A stretch of DNA of 50,504 nt, taken from the IMG/VR virus record IMGVR_UViG_3300050821_008494. One strand, written 5' to 3'. Source of the DNA: a virus (taxonomy: Duplodnaviria; Heunggongvirae; Uroviricota; Caudoviricetes). A model generated the notes under the pieces. That model did no database searches, was not told the DNA's origin, and saw only the letters and a list, made by a program, of their open reading frames with translations. Below are positions 7,970 through 17,508 of this stretch, piece after piece. The first letter of the stretch is position 1; each line of letters begins with the position of its first letter. Position numbers and translations under genes: made by a program.

Positions 7970-10882
7970 TTGCCAACCTCCTTCGTAGTCTCAAAGGAAG
8001 TCTGGGACAGTATCCAGAAGAGCACATACCAATACGACAGGGTCAACACAGACGGCTTCGAGGTCACAGCGAAGGGAGACATCGTCACCATAACGACGAC
8101 CCCCAAGCTGCTCTTCGAGAACGGCATCATCGCAGTAGAGGACATCTCCAAGAAGGTCTTCAAGCTTGGCGGAGTCCTCCTTGCGAAGGAAGCAATCAGC
8201 GACATCGAGATTCACCAAGGCGACATCGCAGACCTAGCAGCAGAGGTCAAGAAGCTCGACATCCTTGCCCGCACAATCAAGGTCCGCTCCGACCTCAGCA
8301 TCTCCTGTAACCACCCGGAGTTCAACCGCATCACCTACGAGTTCCTCGGGTGGGGGCAGTATGAGGAGGCAGGAACACGAGTCCACAAGCTCGTTCATCC
8401 GTTCAACTGGAGGCGCGACTTAGCGCTTTTCGAGCGCCACAACTTCACCATGCCCCTCACGAAGGAGCAGAAGGAGAAGATTGAGGAGCTAGAGGCCAAG
8501 GAGGGAGAGATGGCTCGCAAGGCCTACTTCTTCAAGTCCCAGAACGGCTACCGTGTCCTCATCTACGAGCTGCACAGCGACATCATCAAGATGCTGACGA
8601 ACAAGTGCCGCTTCAACTACAACAAGGTAGTCAAGGGCAAGATGGAGACTATCGAACTCGTCTTCGTGAAGGCAGAGATGCTCTCAGAAATCGAGAAGGA
8701 GACCGGCAACGAAGACATCGACCGCATCAGCCAGCTAGTGAAGACCGGCTACCGCAGCTTCACCTGCTATATGTTCACGCTCCCAAGCGTGAAGCTGACC
8801 TTCCGGAAGAACGGCATCAAGTTCGAGGGAGACGACAAATTGGTGGCTCACTTCCCCAAGTTCTCCTTCAAGATGCCCAAGCCCAAGCTCTGGGACATCC
8901 AAGAGCTTGCCATCCAGAAGTGGAAGGAAAACGAATACCTCGGGACAGTAGCCCTCCCAACGGGCTCCGGCAAGACCTACATCGGAGCGGCAGCAATCCA
9001 AGAGATTGGCCTCAACAGGACAGTCATCGTGACTCCTACCGTCTCCCTCGTCTTCCAATGGAAGCGCAAACTCATAGAGCTAGGAGTCCCAGAGGACAAA
9101 ATCGGCGTCTACTACGGTGGCGAGAAGGAACTCGAAGGCAAGGAGGTCGTCATCATAACCTTCCAGTCAGGTCACCGCAAAATCTCCGAGGAGGTCGATG
9201 ACTTAGACACAAGCCAATCGCTCGACGAAGAGGAGAGCGAGCTTGTGGACAAAATCGTCAGCCTCTCCGAGACCGCAGCCCTCCTCGTCCTCGACGAGGG
9301 TCACCATGCTCCTGCGCCGGTCTTCCAGCGCATCATGGTCGGAGTGAAGTCTCCCTACCGCATCAGCCTCACAGCAACCCCATACCGCGAAGACAAGAAC
9401 GACGTTCTGGCCTTCATGGCGATGGGCGACGTCATCTACACCGAGACCTACGACGTTCTCGCAGCGAAGGGCTACGTCGCACCAATCGACGAGAAGCGCA
9501 TCATGTGCCAGCTAGACTCCGCAGAGGAGGACGTCATCGCCCTAACCGCAGAGATGCGAGTCATGAGGTCGGAGCAATACTACAGCGGCTCTACCGCCAT
9601 GACGGAGAAGAAGCAAGAGCTGGCCTCGCTCTCTTCATCTCTGAAGGTGAACGAGCTGGCTCAAGAGCTTCTCGGAGACTACATGACAGGTCAAGAGGAA
9701 GGCTCGGAGGAGGAGGGAGAGAAGGTCAAGCTCCCAAGTCCCTCGGTCGTTATGAACTTCTCCGCAGCGAAGTTCGACAACCTCCTTGACATCGTAAAGG
9801 CCGGAGGCAAGACCATAGTCTTCCAGCAGCGTGTCCTCGGAGCAGAACTCATCTTCGAGTTCCTGAAGAAGCACGGCTACACCCAAGTCGTCCTTGTCAC
9901 AGGTCAGACGAGCGAGTCCGAGACCAAGATTGCCCTCGACATCTTCGCAAAGGCCTCTCACGGAATCCTCGTGACGACAACCAAGCTCGACGAGGGCATC
10001 GACGTCCCCGACTGCAACAAGGTCGTCATCTTCAACGGCTCGAAGTCGAAGCTCCAGATGATTCAGCGCGTTGGCCGTGGATGCCGCGCAAGGCCCGGCA
10101 AGGTGGAGGAAGTCTACGAACTCGTTAGCACCCCGAGCGCCCAAGTCATCAAGGCGAGTGGATATCACGCTCGCCAGATGAACGTCGAAGGGAAGACCCT
10201 CGACCAAGTCATCATAGAGAAGTCGTTCGCCGAACTCAAGAAGGCCCCATGGAGCAGGGAGGTCAACATCGGAGATGCCGCTCTCATGACCATGTTCCAA
10301 GTAGACGACAAGGCCCTCGCAATCCGCGAAGCTCTCCTCGGGGAGCGCATCAAGTCGGCCTACAGAAACATCGACGACACAATCAACCCAGAGGCTATGA
10401 AGACACTCCTCTCGAAGTTCAAGAGGACAGAAGTCCCGGTCCTTGAGCACAAGGAGAATTGGGACGAGGTCCTTGCGAAGCTCGGAGCAAAGTCGAGGGC
10501 ACAGCGCCTCTCCCGGAGCGCCGAGCCTTCCAAGGAGGGCATCGCATCGCTGACGTGGAACTACGCCATCAAGATTCCGAAGGCGATGATAACGAACCTC
10601 CCATTCGGCTACCGCACCAAGGAGGACAAGGACAAGGTCCTCGTCGAAGTCACTGCGGACCCCAGCATCATAACTATGTCCAAGACTACCCTCACCAAGC
10701 TCTCGGCGAAGCAGAGGAAGACAATGGCAATCGGCTCAATCAGCTGGAACGGCGAAGTCATAGTCCCAAGGACCCTCCGCGAAGTAATGACCATCAAATA
10801 CAAGGACGAGGTCAACGTCAAAATCGACGGGGAGAAAGTCGTGATAACACGTCTCTCTCCTCCGGCTAGCAGAGGTGCCTAG
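7970..10882 (+). CDS. XPB/Rad25-like SF2 helicase with long N-terminal extension and C-terminal AbrB-like domains
   Basis: LPTGSGKT, LVLDEGHH, LTATP, DEGIDVPD and QRVGRG motifs. C-terminus SISWNGEVIVPRTLREVMTIKYKDEVNVKIDGEKVVIT resembles an AbrB/MazE swapped hairpin. Confidence 0.85.
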   Translation: MPTSFVVSKEVWDSIQKSTYQYDRVNTDGFEVTAKGDIVTITTTPKLLFENGIIAVEDISKKVFKLGGVLLAKEAISDIEIHQGDIADLAAEVKKLDILARTIKVRSDLSISCNHPEFNRITYEFLGWGQYEEAGTRVHKLVHPFNWRRDLALFERHNFTMPLTKEQKEKIEELEAKEGEMARKAYFFKSQNGYRVLIYELHSDIIKMLTNKCRFNYNKVVKGKMETIELVFVKAEMLSEIEKETGNEDIDRISQLVKTGYRSFTCYMFTLPSVKLTFRKNGIKFEGDDKLVAHFPKFSFKMPKPKLWDIQELAIQKWKENEYLGTVALPTGSGKTYIGAAAIQEIGLNRTVIVTPTVSLVFQWKRKLIELGVPEDKIGVYYGGEKELEGKEVVIITFQSGHRKISEEVDDLDTSQSLDEEESELVDKIVSLSETAALLVLDEGHHAPAPVFQRIMVGVKSPYRISLTATPYREDKNDVLAFMAMGDVIYTETYDVLAAKGYVAPIDEKRIMCQLDSAEEDVIALTAEMRVMRSEQYYSGSTAMTEKKQELASLSSSLKVNELAQELLGDYMTGQEEGSEEEGEKVKLPSPSVVMNFSAAKFDNLLDIVKAGGKTIVFQQRVLGAELIFEFLKKHGYTQVVLVTGQTSESETKIALDIFAKASHGILVTTTKLDEGIDVPDCNKVVIFNGSKSKLQMIQRVGRGCRARPGKVEEVYELVSTPSAQVIKASGYHARQMNVEGKTLDQVIIEKSFAELKKAPWSREVNIGDAALMTMFQVDDKALAIREALLGERIKSAYRNIDDTINPEAMKTLLSKFKRTEVPVLEHKENWDEVLAKLGAKSRAQRLSRSAEPSKEGIASLTWNYAIKIPKAMITNLPFGYRTKEDKDKVLVEVTADPSIITMSKTTLTKLSAKQRKTMAIGSISWNGEVIVPRTLREVMTIKYKDEVNVKIDGEKVVITRLSPPASRGA

Positions 10883-10884
10883 AC

Positions 10885-11307
10885 ATGACGCTCGTCTGGA
10901 CTCAATCGACGGGCTGGCTCCAAGACGGAGTCCCCGTCACTAATTCACCGGAGCCTCAACGACCTCCAACTCTCGTGAAGCGCTTCGTCGTCGAGGAGCA
11001 CGAAGGCTACACAGGCAAGGTAGTTGGGCGCGACTACTTCCTCTCCATGGACGACGCCCTCCTGTATCAGACCAAGAGGAAGAACATGAACAAGGTCGCA
11101 GGCATCGGAGGCAAGTGGACACACTACTGGTCATACCCTCGCGAAGTAGAAGTCCCTTCAGACCTACGCATCAGAGCGGAATACGAGGAGTGCGGCTCCA
11201 TCTGCCCGACGGGGCAGCATACCTGTAACGACGGAGTGCGAGTCGAGAAGCCCCACAAGACGCATTTCTTCTACTGCGACTGCACCGAAATCGGGGAGGG
11301 CTCCTGA
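10885..11307 (+). CDS. Hypothetical protein with C-terminal Cys/His cluster
   Basis: TAG-AC-ATG coupling to the helicase; typical codon usage. Confidence 0.6.
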   Translation: MTLVWTQSTGWLQDGVPVTNSPEPQRPPTLVKRFVVEEHEGYTGKVVGRDYFLSMDDALLYQTKRKNMNKVAGIGGKWTHYWSYPREVEVPSDLRIRAEYEECGSICPTGQHTCNDGVRVEKPHKTHFFYCDCTEIGEGS

Positions 11308-11441
11308 TGTCAGGAGAAGACGACGACAGCATCTCCTGTAAGTGCTGCGGTCACAGGGACACCTACGAATGCACGCGGGAGAGATGCACCTGCTGTGGTG
11401 AGATGCGTTACCTTCACGGAAGGGAGCGATACACGATATGA
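11307..11441 (+). CDS. 44-aa Cys-rich micro-protein (not in ORF track)
   Basis: MSGEDDDSISCKCCGHRDTYECTRERCTCCGE...; coupled by TGATG and ATGA overlaps on both sides. Confidence 0.55.
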   Translation: MSGEDDDSISCKCCGHRDTYECTRERCTCCGEMRYLHGRERYTI

Positions 11442-11662
11442 ACTTCCTCCTGAACCTCAAGCTCGTCTTCGGATGGGCAGCCCTCATCGGAATCATCGCC
11501 GCAACCTACACTGGCCTTGGTCTGGTAGCTTGGTTCCTCGGGACTCATGGAGAACTCTACGGAGCCCTCATAGTCCTCGTTGTTACCAGCTTCGAGTCTC
11601 CCAAACTTCTAAGTCCTGCCTACCGTCTCGTCCACAAGCCCAAGGAGGATTGGGACTACTGA
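11438..11662 (+). CDS. Small two-TM membrane protein
   Basis: Hydrophobic 74-aa ORF with ATGA overlap. Confidence 0.6.
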   Translation: MNFLLNLKLVFGWAALIGIIAATYTGLGLVAWFLGTHGELYGALIVLVVTSFESPKLLSPAYRLVHKPKEDWDY

Positions 11663-11931
11663 ATATTGAGATGCTCGACGGTCGCATCATAGACGTCAAG
11701 GCCCTAGCCGAAGGTCACACCAAGGGAGGAGTCAGGTGGCTCCTCGCGTGGGACGGCTACCGCTACACAATCCTTTACGAGGACACAAGCACATCACGTC
11801 CATTCTGGAACGTTGAAGGCAAGTCAGTAGCAACTCCCAAGAACCGCGATACTCTCTACTACCGCATGAGGCAGCTCTGTAAGGACTTCAAGCGTGTCGA
11901 GGAGCCCGAGGAGGAGAAGTCATCAGAATGA
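11659..11931 (+). CDS. Hypothetical protein (probable CTG start; ATG 11671 alternative)
   Basis: CTGA overlap with GGAGGA upstream; reads MNIEMLDGRIIDVK... Confidence 0.6.
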   Translation: MNIEMLDGRIIDVKALAEGHTKGGVRWLLAWDGYRYTILYEDTSTSRPFWNVEGKSVATPKNRDTLYYRMRQLCKDFKRVEEPEEEKSSE

Positions 11932-12149
11932 TTCTATGGCTCTTCGGTATTCTACTGGCGGTTGTCCTAGTAAACGTCTCTTCAATCATCAATCTAGCCA
12001 TAAGGAAAGAAGATGACAAATTCGTAGACGTTGCCATGTTCCTGCTCTCTTTCCCTTCCATGCTATTCGTCATAGCAATCATAGCATTCGACGACTGGAG
12101 GCAGGACAGGCACTTCGACGCCGAGATGAAGCGGAGGAACCTCTCTTGA
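11928..12149 (+). CDS. Small two-TM membrane protein
   Basis: Hydrophobic 73-aa ORF with ATGA overlap. Confidence 0.6.
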   Translation: MILWLFGILLAVVLVNVSSIINLAIRKEDDKFVDVAMFLLSFPSMLFVIAIIAFDDWRQDRHFDAEMKRRNLS

Positions 12150-12157
12150 TGTCTCAA

Positions 12158-12202
12158 ACAGGAAACTCTGACAACACCATATATGACCTTAAGGTAAGGT
12201 CA
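12158..12202 (+). promoter_or_regulatory. Promoter with palindromic operator (copy 2)
   Basis: ACAGGAAA, then ATATAT, then TGACCTTA-AGG-TAAGGTCA (12184-12202); near-identical to copy 1. Confidence 0.75.
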
Positions 12203-12208
12203 GTCGCA

Positions 12209-12382
12209 ATGATGTGTGCAAAAACGGCAAACCGGAAGCCTACGCGAAGCGTTAAGGCTTCACAGCAGCGCATCGACATCTGCGGTCGCTGCGGTTCGCG
12301 GAAGACCAAGATTGAAGGCGTCTATTATTGCCTCAGTTGCGGCGCTGACGCGCACCACATACCTATGAGGGTGACCTACTAG
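12209..12382 (+). CDS. Zn-ribbon micro-protein with MMCAKT leader
   Basis: CGRCG...YCLSCG; starts 6 nt after the operator. Confidence 0.55.
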   Translation: MMCAKTANRKPTRSVKASQQRIDICGRCGSRKTKIEGVYYCLSCGADAHHIPMRVTY

Positions 12383-12383
12383 A

Positions 12384-12551
12384 ATGCCGAACCTCAAAAC
12401 TACGCATGAGGTTCGGGAGGCAGCCAAGAAGCTCCGCATTTTCATAGCGGACGCTCAGAGAGGATTCTCTGAGGACTCCTTCGAATACAAGCAGCTCAAT
12501 GACTACTACGAGTCAGTATCAGCATTCGAGTCAGAGGAGGTCGAGCTGTGA
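12384..12551 (+). CDS. Hypothetical protein (55 aa, not in track)
   Basis: TAG-A-ATG start and GTGA overlap at the end; typical codons. Confidence 0.55.
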   Translation: MPNLKTTHEVREAAKKLRIFIADAQRGFSEDSFEYKQLNDYYESVSAFESEEVEL

Positions 12552-12859
12552 TGGCTGTCTTCCACGACAGCGCAGGAGGAGTGACTTCGGAGTCTCTCAA
12601 GTTTTGGAGAGCAACGAAGCCAAAGCTCGGAACAATCCTCTCCATAGCCTGCGGCTCTCACAGCGACGTAGAATACAACACTATGGTGACTGGCACCGAT
12701 GGAGTAGCCCTTCTCTCGGGCTTCGGCTGCGGCTACTCCGGGACAGGGCCTATGGGCTTGGTCGAGCTTCTTTTCGACCTCGGCTTCAAGGACGTTGCGA
12801 GGAACGTCATCGTGAACAAGTGCGTCTTCTACGTCACCCCGGAGGCACGAGCCCGATGA
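12548..12859 (+). CDS. Hypothetical protein
   Basis: GFGCGYSGTGP Gly-rich motif; coupled on both sides. Confidence 0.6.
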   Translation: MMAVFHDSAGGVTSESLKFWRATKPKLGTILSIACGSHSDVEYNTMVTGTDGVALLSGFGCGYSGTGPMGLVELLFDLGFKDVARNVIVNKCVFYVTPEARAR

Positions 12860-13011
12860 CATACTACGTCTGCGGGAAGACTGGTGACGGGTGGTATTCC
12901 ATGAAGACTGACGACTTCGCGAAGGCCCAGAGGGAAGCCGACGTTATGATGAAGACTGACGTAATAGTCATCTTCTCTACCGTCCCAATAGCTCCGGAGA
13001 GGTTGGCCTAG
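12856..13011 (+). CDS. Hypothetical protein (51 aa)
   Basis: ATGA overlap; MTYYVCGKTGDGWYSMK...; stop abuts the next ATG. Confidence 0.55.
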   Translation: MTYYVCGKTGDGWYSMKTDDFAKAQREADVMMKTDVIVIFSTVPIAPERLA

Positions 13012-14223
13012 ATGTCTCAAGCAACTCACGGCCAGCTGCACTTCTCCGTCGAGGGAGCCCTCATCATGGACCTCGCTCGCGACGGCTACTGGTTTGAGGG
13101 CCGCAAGGAATGGGCACTCGACCTCCTATCATGCCTCGAAGGAATCACGACCGAGCAGAGCATGAAGATTCTACGGGGAGAGGCAATCCTCAAGGGCATC
13201 AGCTCAACCGACACTACAGTTGGCTACTACGACATGCCAGACAAGGAGTTCCAGAAGCGCCTCTCTGACTACGACAAGTGGATAGCAGAGCAGGTTGAGA
13301 AGAAGCGCAAGGAAGCGGAGGAGGAGATGAACTTCCACGAAGCACAATGGGACGAGATATCCAAGATGGGGCAGAGAGCAGACCTAATGCGGAAGGCAAG
13401 TCTGCTCCGAGACGAACTCATGGAGGGCCGGCCAGAGAAGCCCAAGGAGATTGTGCCTCCGAAGAATCCTGTCAAGCTCGGCAAGTTCGTCGTCGAGAAG
13501 GAACTCCTCGACAACTACCTCAAGGTCGCCTCAGACCACGACCTCATGGACCCATGGAGTGCAGGGACAGCTCTCCTCCTCTCCGGTCGCATGATGCGAA
13601 TCCACTTGATGCTCCGCGAGTCCGTAGGTCTCCACGGCTTCTGGGGAAGGAGCGACAAGAGACCCGGAGAGCCGGACGCCTTCGACAAGGCCCTCCAAGC
13701 AGCCGTCCATTCAAACAACCGCAAGGACGACCGCTACATAGAACTCCAGAAGCGCCGGAGGCAAGGCTCAGGTTCAGAGTTCGCAGCAATGGAGTTGGCC
13801 GAGGCTTCTCTTCCTCAAGTGGAGAAATCTCCAACTACTCCAGATGAGGTCTACAAGCGGCTTCATCCGAAGGGCGAGGACGGCAAACTCATCAAGCCTC
13901 TAGTGACAGGCATACCAGCATCCAGAGGCAGAGCCTCGGGACCCGTCAAGCTAGTCCTCGACGAGAAGGACTTCGCCAGCGTCAAGAAGGGCGACGTCCT
14001 AGTCACGACAATGATAGTCCCCGACACCATCTTCGCAATCGACAAGATTGCAGCTCTCGTGACAGACGTCGGAGGGCTCACAAGCCATGCAGCCATAGTC
14101 AGCCGCGAGTTCCACGTCCCATGTATCGTCGGAGCCATCAAGGCTACCAAGTCACTCAAGGACGGCCAGAGAGTTACCGTCGATGGAACTACAGGCAAGG
14201 TCTTCCCGGAGGGTGATGTCTGA
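13012..14223 (+). CDS. Protein with C-terminal PEP-utiliser mobile (swivelling phospho-His) domain
   Basis: GRASGPVKLV...GDVLVTTMIVPD...ALVTDVGGLTSHAAIVSREFHVPCIVG...GQRVTVDGTTGKV with the catalytic His in TSH. N-terminal ~290 aa not recognised. Confidence 0.85.
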   Translation: MSQATHGQLHFSVEGALIMDLARDGYWFEGRKEWALDLLSCLEGITTEQSMKILRGEAILKGISSTDTTVGYYDMPDKEFQKRLSDYDKWIAEQVEKKRKEAEEEMNFHEAQWDEISKMGQRADLMRKASLLRDELMEGRPEKPKEIVPPKNPVKLGKFVVEKELLDNYLKVASDHDLMDPWSAGTALLLSGRMMRIHLMLRESVGLHGFWGRSDKRPGEPDAFDKALQAAVHSNNRKDDRYIELQKRRRQGSGSEFAAMELAEASLPQVEKSPTTPDEVYKRLHPKGEDGKLIKPLVTGIPASRGRASGPVKLVLDEKDFASVKKGDVLVTTMIVPDTIFAIDKIAALVTDVGGLTSHAAIVSREFHVPCIVGAIKATKSLKDGQRVTVDGTTGKVFPEGDV

Positions 14224-14472
14224 ATGCCAGAGTGTCACGGCTGCGGCAAGATTATCCCTCCCAACAGGACCGGATATTGCACGACTTGCACTATGAACGG
14301 CAACGCTGCACGCAAGTCTATGGCAGGTCACAACGACATGTGGGAAGAACTCAAGGTCATGGGAATGGTCAACGAGAAGACCGGCCTCGTTGACTTCGGA
14401 GCTTCAAAGAAGAAGGCTCCAACGGACGCCCAAATCGACAGAGCTGAAAGGAATTGGAAGGGATGCGACTGA
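14224..14472 (+). CDS. Zn-finger micro-protein
   Basis: CHGCG...YCTTC. Confidence 0.6.
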   Translation: MPECHGCGKIIPPNRTGYCTTCTMNGNAARKSMAGHNDMWEELKVMGMVNEKTGLVDFGASKKKAPTDAQIDRAERNWKGCD

Positions 14473-14500
14473 TGCCTCACAAAACTTCGGAGGTCAAGGC

Positions 14501-14728
14501 ATGATGGCTCTCAAGAAGCTCATACCAATCCCAGAGGAATACCGCGATGAGCTGGACAAACTTCTAGGCCTCATAGGCAAGGAGTCCAAGCAGCTCAAGT
14601 CATCCCTGCGCACGGTAGCCATCACTCCGGGATTCTACGAGAGCGAAATCAAAGCCAGCATGGCAAAGATAACGGCGTGGACTAACAGGGTCAGAGAGAT
14701 TGAGCTTCTCTCGGAGGCGAGCGCCTGA
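14501..14728 (+). CDS. Hypothetical helical protein
   Basis: GGAGG upstream, MMALKKLIPIPEEY..., TGATG coupling. Confidence 0.55.
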   Translation: MMALKKLIPIPEEYRDELDKLLGLIGKESKQLKSSLRTVAITPGFYESEIKASMAKITAWTNRVREIELLSEASA

Positions 14729-14979
14729 TGACGGTTCTCAAAGTAGTTCCTTTCGAAGTCCCATTCGACGGGACTCTGCCAGACGGAGTTAGAGTCGGCT
14801 CCATAACTCTGCGAGTAAAGTTCGAAGGAAAGTTCATGGACGACGTCAGCATACTAGCAAGCTCTTCTGGAAAGCTGACAGTCATAATTCCCGGAGCCCG
14901 ATTGAGGAAATTTAAGAGTGGTAGCATCGGCCTTCGTTCCGACAACGACACAAGAAAAGAAAGGAGGAGAAGACTTTGA
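14728..14979 (+). CDS. Hypothetical protein
   Basis: Coupled overlaps on both ends. Confidence 0.5.
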   Translation: MTVLKVVPFEVPFDGTLPDGVRVGSITLRVKFEGKFMDDVSILASSSGKLTVIIPGARLRKFKSGSIGLRSDNDTRKERRRRL

Positions 14980-15236
14980 GCCAACGTCTCCTCGAAGACT
15001 GGGAGCAATCTGGAATTCCCATCCAAGAGAAGTCCTGCAAGTTCTGCGGAGGCGACGTAGCCGCAACCCCATGGCGAGGATGGACAGCCCACTGTCTTCT
15101 TTGCGGTCGCTCTCTTCCTCTTCGTGACTTCTACGCTACAACTCGCAGAGTCATTCTAGGATTCGACCAAGGCTGGCTCAAGGGAGAGCCCTTCACTTCT
15201 CTTGGGAGCGAGAACCACGGAGGTCATGACAGATGA
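14976..15236 (+). CDS. Zn-ribbon protein
   Basis: CKFCG...HCLLCG; TTGA overlap. Confidence 0.55.
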   Translation: MSQRLLEDWEQSGIPIQEKSCKFCGGDVAATPWRGWTAHCLLCGRSLPLRDFYATTRRVILGFDQGWLKGEPFTSLGSENHGGHDR

Positions 15237-15514
15237 ACACTAAGTCAGAACTCTCAAGGCTCAGGAGAGCAATCGTAGCCGAACGCCTCCGGAAGAGAAG
15301 ACAGCTCGGAAATCTCCGCAGCAGGTTCAGGTTCCAGACTAACAAGGCAATCTACGGAGACCGCTTTTCCCTCGACCTCGACTACACAGACGCTCGTTTC
15401 CTCATGGAGAGAGCAGACGCCATAGAGAAGCTCCTAAAGCTCGACAAGCACGACTACAATTGGAATGTCAAAGCAGAGTCTATCATAAACAAACTTCGGG
15501 AGGCGCAGTCCTAG
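15233..15514 (+). CDS. Basic hypothetical protein
   Basis: ATGA overlap, GGAGG upstream. Confidence 0.55.
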   Translation: MNTKSELSRLRRAIVAERLRKRRQLGNLRSRFRFQTNKAIYGDRFSLDLDYTDARFLMERADAIEKLLKLDKHDYNWNVKAESIINKLREAQS

Positions 15515-15515
15515 C

Positions 15516-15704
15516 TTGGAGACCCAGAAGGAGTTTGTCGTCTCCCTCATAACAAGTGCTTTGGCAGTCTCAGCAGCATACACCCTCCTTGGCATATTGG
15601 TGCCTCTTTTAACACACATCCCGTCAATCATGTCTACCCAAGGTTGGGTCGGCATCTGGCTCGGCTTCGCTGTCGTCAGGGCAATCAAGAGGATGAAGTC
15701 CTGA
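15516..15704 (+). CDS. Small two-TM membrane protein
   Basis: Hydrophobic 62 aa; TAG-C-TTG coupling. Confidence 0.55.
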   Translation: METQKEFVVSLITSALAVSAAYTLLGILVPLLTHIPSIMSTQGWVGIWLGFAVVRAIKRMKS

Positions 15705-15844
15705 TGGATTCTAAATTCGTCGTGGAGGTCTGGGACTCTTTCTACAAGCAAGTCAAAGAAGAAAACTGGCCAGAAGAGAAGACCGAAAAAGTGAGGCAGG
15801 AAATCATGAATGGCATCATAGCCGAGATGGAGGGCAAATCATGA
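15704..15844 (+). CDS. Hypothetical protein (46 aa)
   Basis: TGATG start and ATGA end. Confidence 0.5.
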   Translation: MDSKFVVEVWDSFYKQVKEENWPEEKTEKVRQEIMNGIIAEMEGKS

Positions 15845-16086
15845 CCTCCCGAGTAGAGCGTGGCTTCAAGAACAGCCCAGACAACTCTCCAATAGAAGAC
15901 GAGTGCGGATGCCATCACTCCGACTTCGTGTTCGACTACTTCACGTCAAAGAAGGTAAAGCTCTCCAACACAATACTCCAAGGCGTCTGCACAATCTCTC
16001 ATTGTGGCTGCAAGTTCGACGTCCTGACTCCCAAGAGCGAGAGGAAAGCTCCAAGTCGGAAGACGGAGGAGATACGTCCGATTTGA
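15841..16086 (+). CDS. Cys/His-rich hypothetical protein
   Basis: CGCHH...CTISHCGC. Confidence 0.55.
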   Translation: MTSRVERGFKNSPDNSPIEDECGCHHSDFVFDYFTSKKVKLSNTILQGVCTISHCGCKFDVLTPKSERKAPSRKTEEIRPI

Positions 16087-16361
16087 CCCTCAAGCCCGGA
16101 GCATACTGTGCGGTCATCTGCGGATTCTGTAGCACCATATACAACCTCTGTGGAGTCAAGACCCTAGTCCGCTACGAGGACTGCACAGAGTTCGAGACTC
16201 CCTGCTGCCACAGGAAGACAGACACAAGGCTCGACCTAACCCACGCATACGTCGAAGTCGGATTCTTCGCAAACGAGAAGGATTACGAAAACTTCAGGAG
16301 GGATGCACGGCGCTTCGGAGTCCCAATAGGAAACACCGGCACAGTGAGGCTTGTAAGATGA
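16083..16361 (+). CDS. Cys-rich hypothetical protein
   Basis: TTGA overlap start; CAVICGFC...PCCH. Confidence 0.55.
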   Translation: MTLKPGAYCAVICGFCSTIYNLCGVKTLVRYEDCTEFETPCCHRKTDTRLDLTHAYVEVGFFANEKDYENFRRDARRFGVPIGNTGTVRLVR

Positions 16362-16621
16362 AAGTCAACCGCAACAGCTGGCACTACCGCTACCTGTCTT
16401 GGTTGATGATTCAAGACGACCTAGAGAAAGTCTATCATCATTCGTGGCAGTCCGGGGGTTATGATAAGACAGACAGGTCTTCAATCAATTACCTGTTCTG
16501 GCTCACAGTAGCATGCATCATCTCTCCCGTGTTAGGCTTCTGCTACGTTCTATACTGGGCAGCTATGAAAATCAAGAAGGCCTACACATCGCGAGCGGGT
16601 AAGCTGGAGGTAGTCGATTGA
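16358..16621 (+). CDS. Single-TM membrane protein
   Basis: MKVNRNSWHYRY... followed by a hydrophobic segment. Confidence 0.6.
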   Translation: MKVNRNSWHYRYLSWLMIQDDLEKVYHHSWQSGGYDKTDRSSINYLFWLTVACIISPVLGFCYVLYWAAMKIKKAYTSRAGKLEVVD

Positions 16622-16833
16622 CCTCCAGCCTCTCCCAAGTCCAGCGCGACTTAGACGTCATAAAGGAACTCAGCCCATCAATCTACTATGAGTTCCTGCG
16701 ATACTGGGACTCCATGAGCCCGGAGGATATTTCGAAATACCGGAAACACCTCCAAGAAATCGAGGCAAGCGAAGTCACAACTCAAAGCTCCGGCTTCAAA
16801 CCAATATCCCTCGGAGAGGAGCTTACAAAATGA
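16618..16833 (+). CDS. Hypothetical protein
   Basis: TTGA and ATGA coupling. Confidence 0.55.
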   Translation: MTSSLSQVQRDLDVIKELSPSIYYEFLRYWDSMSPEDISKYRKHLQEIEASEVTTQSSGFKPISLGEELTK

Positions 16834-17078
16834 TTCGCAAGATATTCGAAGCCATGGGGCTCGTCGAAGAGAAGCACGTCTCCGCTTTCAGAAAGAGGTT
16901 CGAGGAAGAGCTGGCGGCATATCTCATAATCTCAGAGCTTCAGAGCCTCGTGAAAGTGCAGGGAGTCGAACTCCATATCGCCTCCCGTCAAGCCAAGCTC
17001 AGGATTCTTGGGACGGAGCACGTCAGAATCTTCAAGACCAAGTCAGGAGACTACTGCGCGAGGATTGTCAAGCCATGA
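16830..17078 (+). CDS. Hypothetical protein
   Basis: ATGA coupling. Confidence 0.55.
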   Translation: MIRKIFEAMGLVEEKHVSAFRKRFEEELAAYLIISELQSLVKVQGVELHIASRQAKLRILGTEHVRIFKTKSGDYCARIVKP

Positions 17079-17272
17079 ATCGAATCTTCCCCTTCATAGC
17101 TACTATGGTAATGTGTTGTGGTATCGTAGTGTTCTGTGCAGCCTTATTCTTCGCTGTTCTGTATGGCCAGTCAATTACAGTCTTCGAAGTTTTTGACGCA
17201 GGGCTAATCTTATTCAGCTCTGGTATTGTCGCATGGATATGCTTTCTGGGTTCGGGAGCAGTCAAGTCATGA
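17075..17272 (+). CDS. Small two-TM membrane protein
   Basis: Highly hydrophobic 65 aa. Confidence 0.6.
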   Translation: MNRIFPFIATMVMCCGIVVFCAALFFAVLYGQSITVFEVFDAGLILFSSGIVAWICFLGSGAVKS

Positions 17273-17508
17273 CAGACCTAGACGAGCCTTCTCTTTCGCA
17301 GGCCCTCCGAAGGCACGGCATGACACTAGAGAACCACAACGACATACTCATAGTCCGCGACCCCAAGACCCGCGAAGTCATGTTCATCGGCTCCCTCTCC
17401 AAAGTCAACGTATTCCTGACAACCCTTTCCAAGACCAATACCCCTACCCCTCCGAATCCAAAACCGCAATCCTCCTCCAGCATATTCGATGAGGTGTGGG
17501 CACAATGA
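17269..17508 (+). CDS. Hypothetical protein
   Basis: ATGA start inside the track ORF 17233. Confidence 0.55.
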   Translation: MTDLDEPSLSQALRRHGMTLENHNDILIVRDPKTREVMFIGSLSKVNVFLTTLSKTNTPTPPNPKPQSSSSIFDEVWAQ

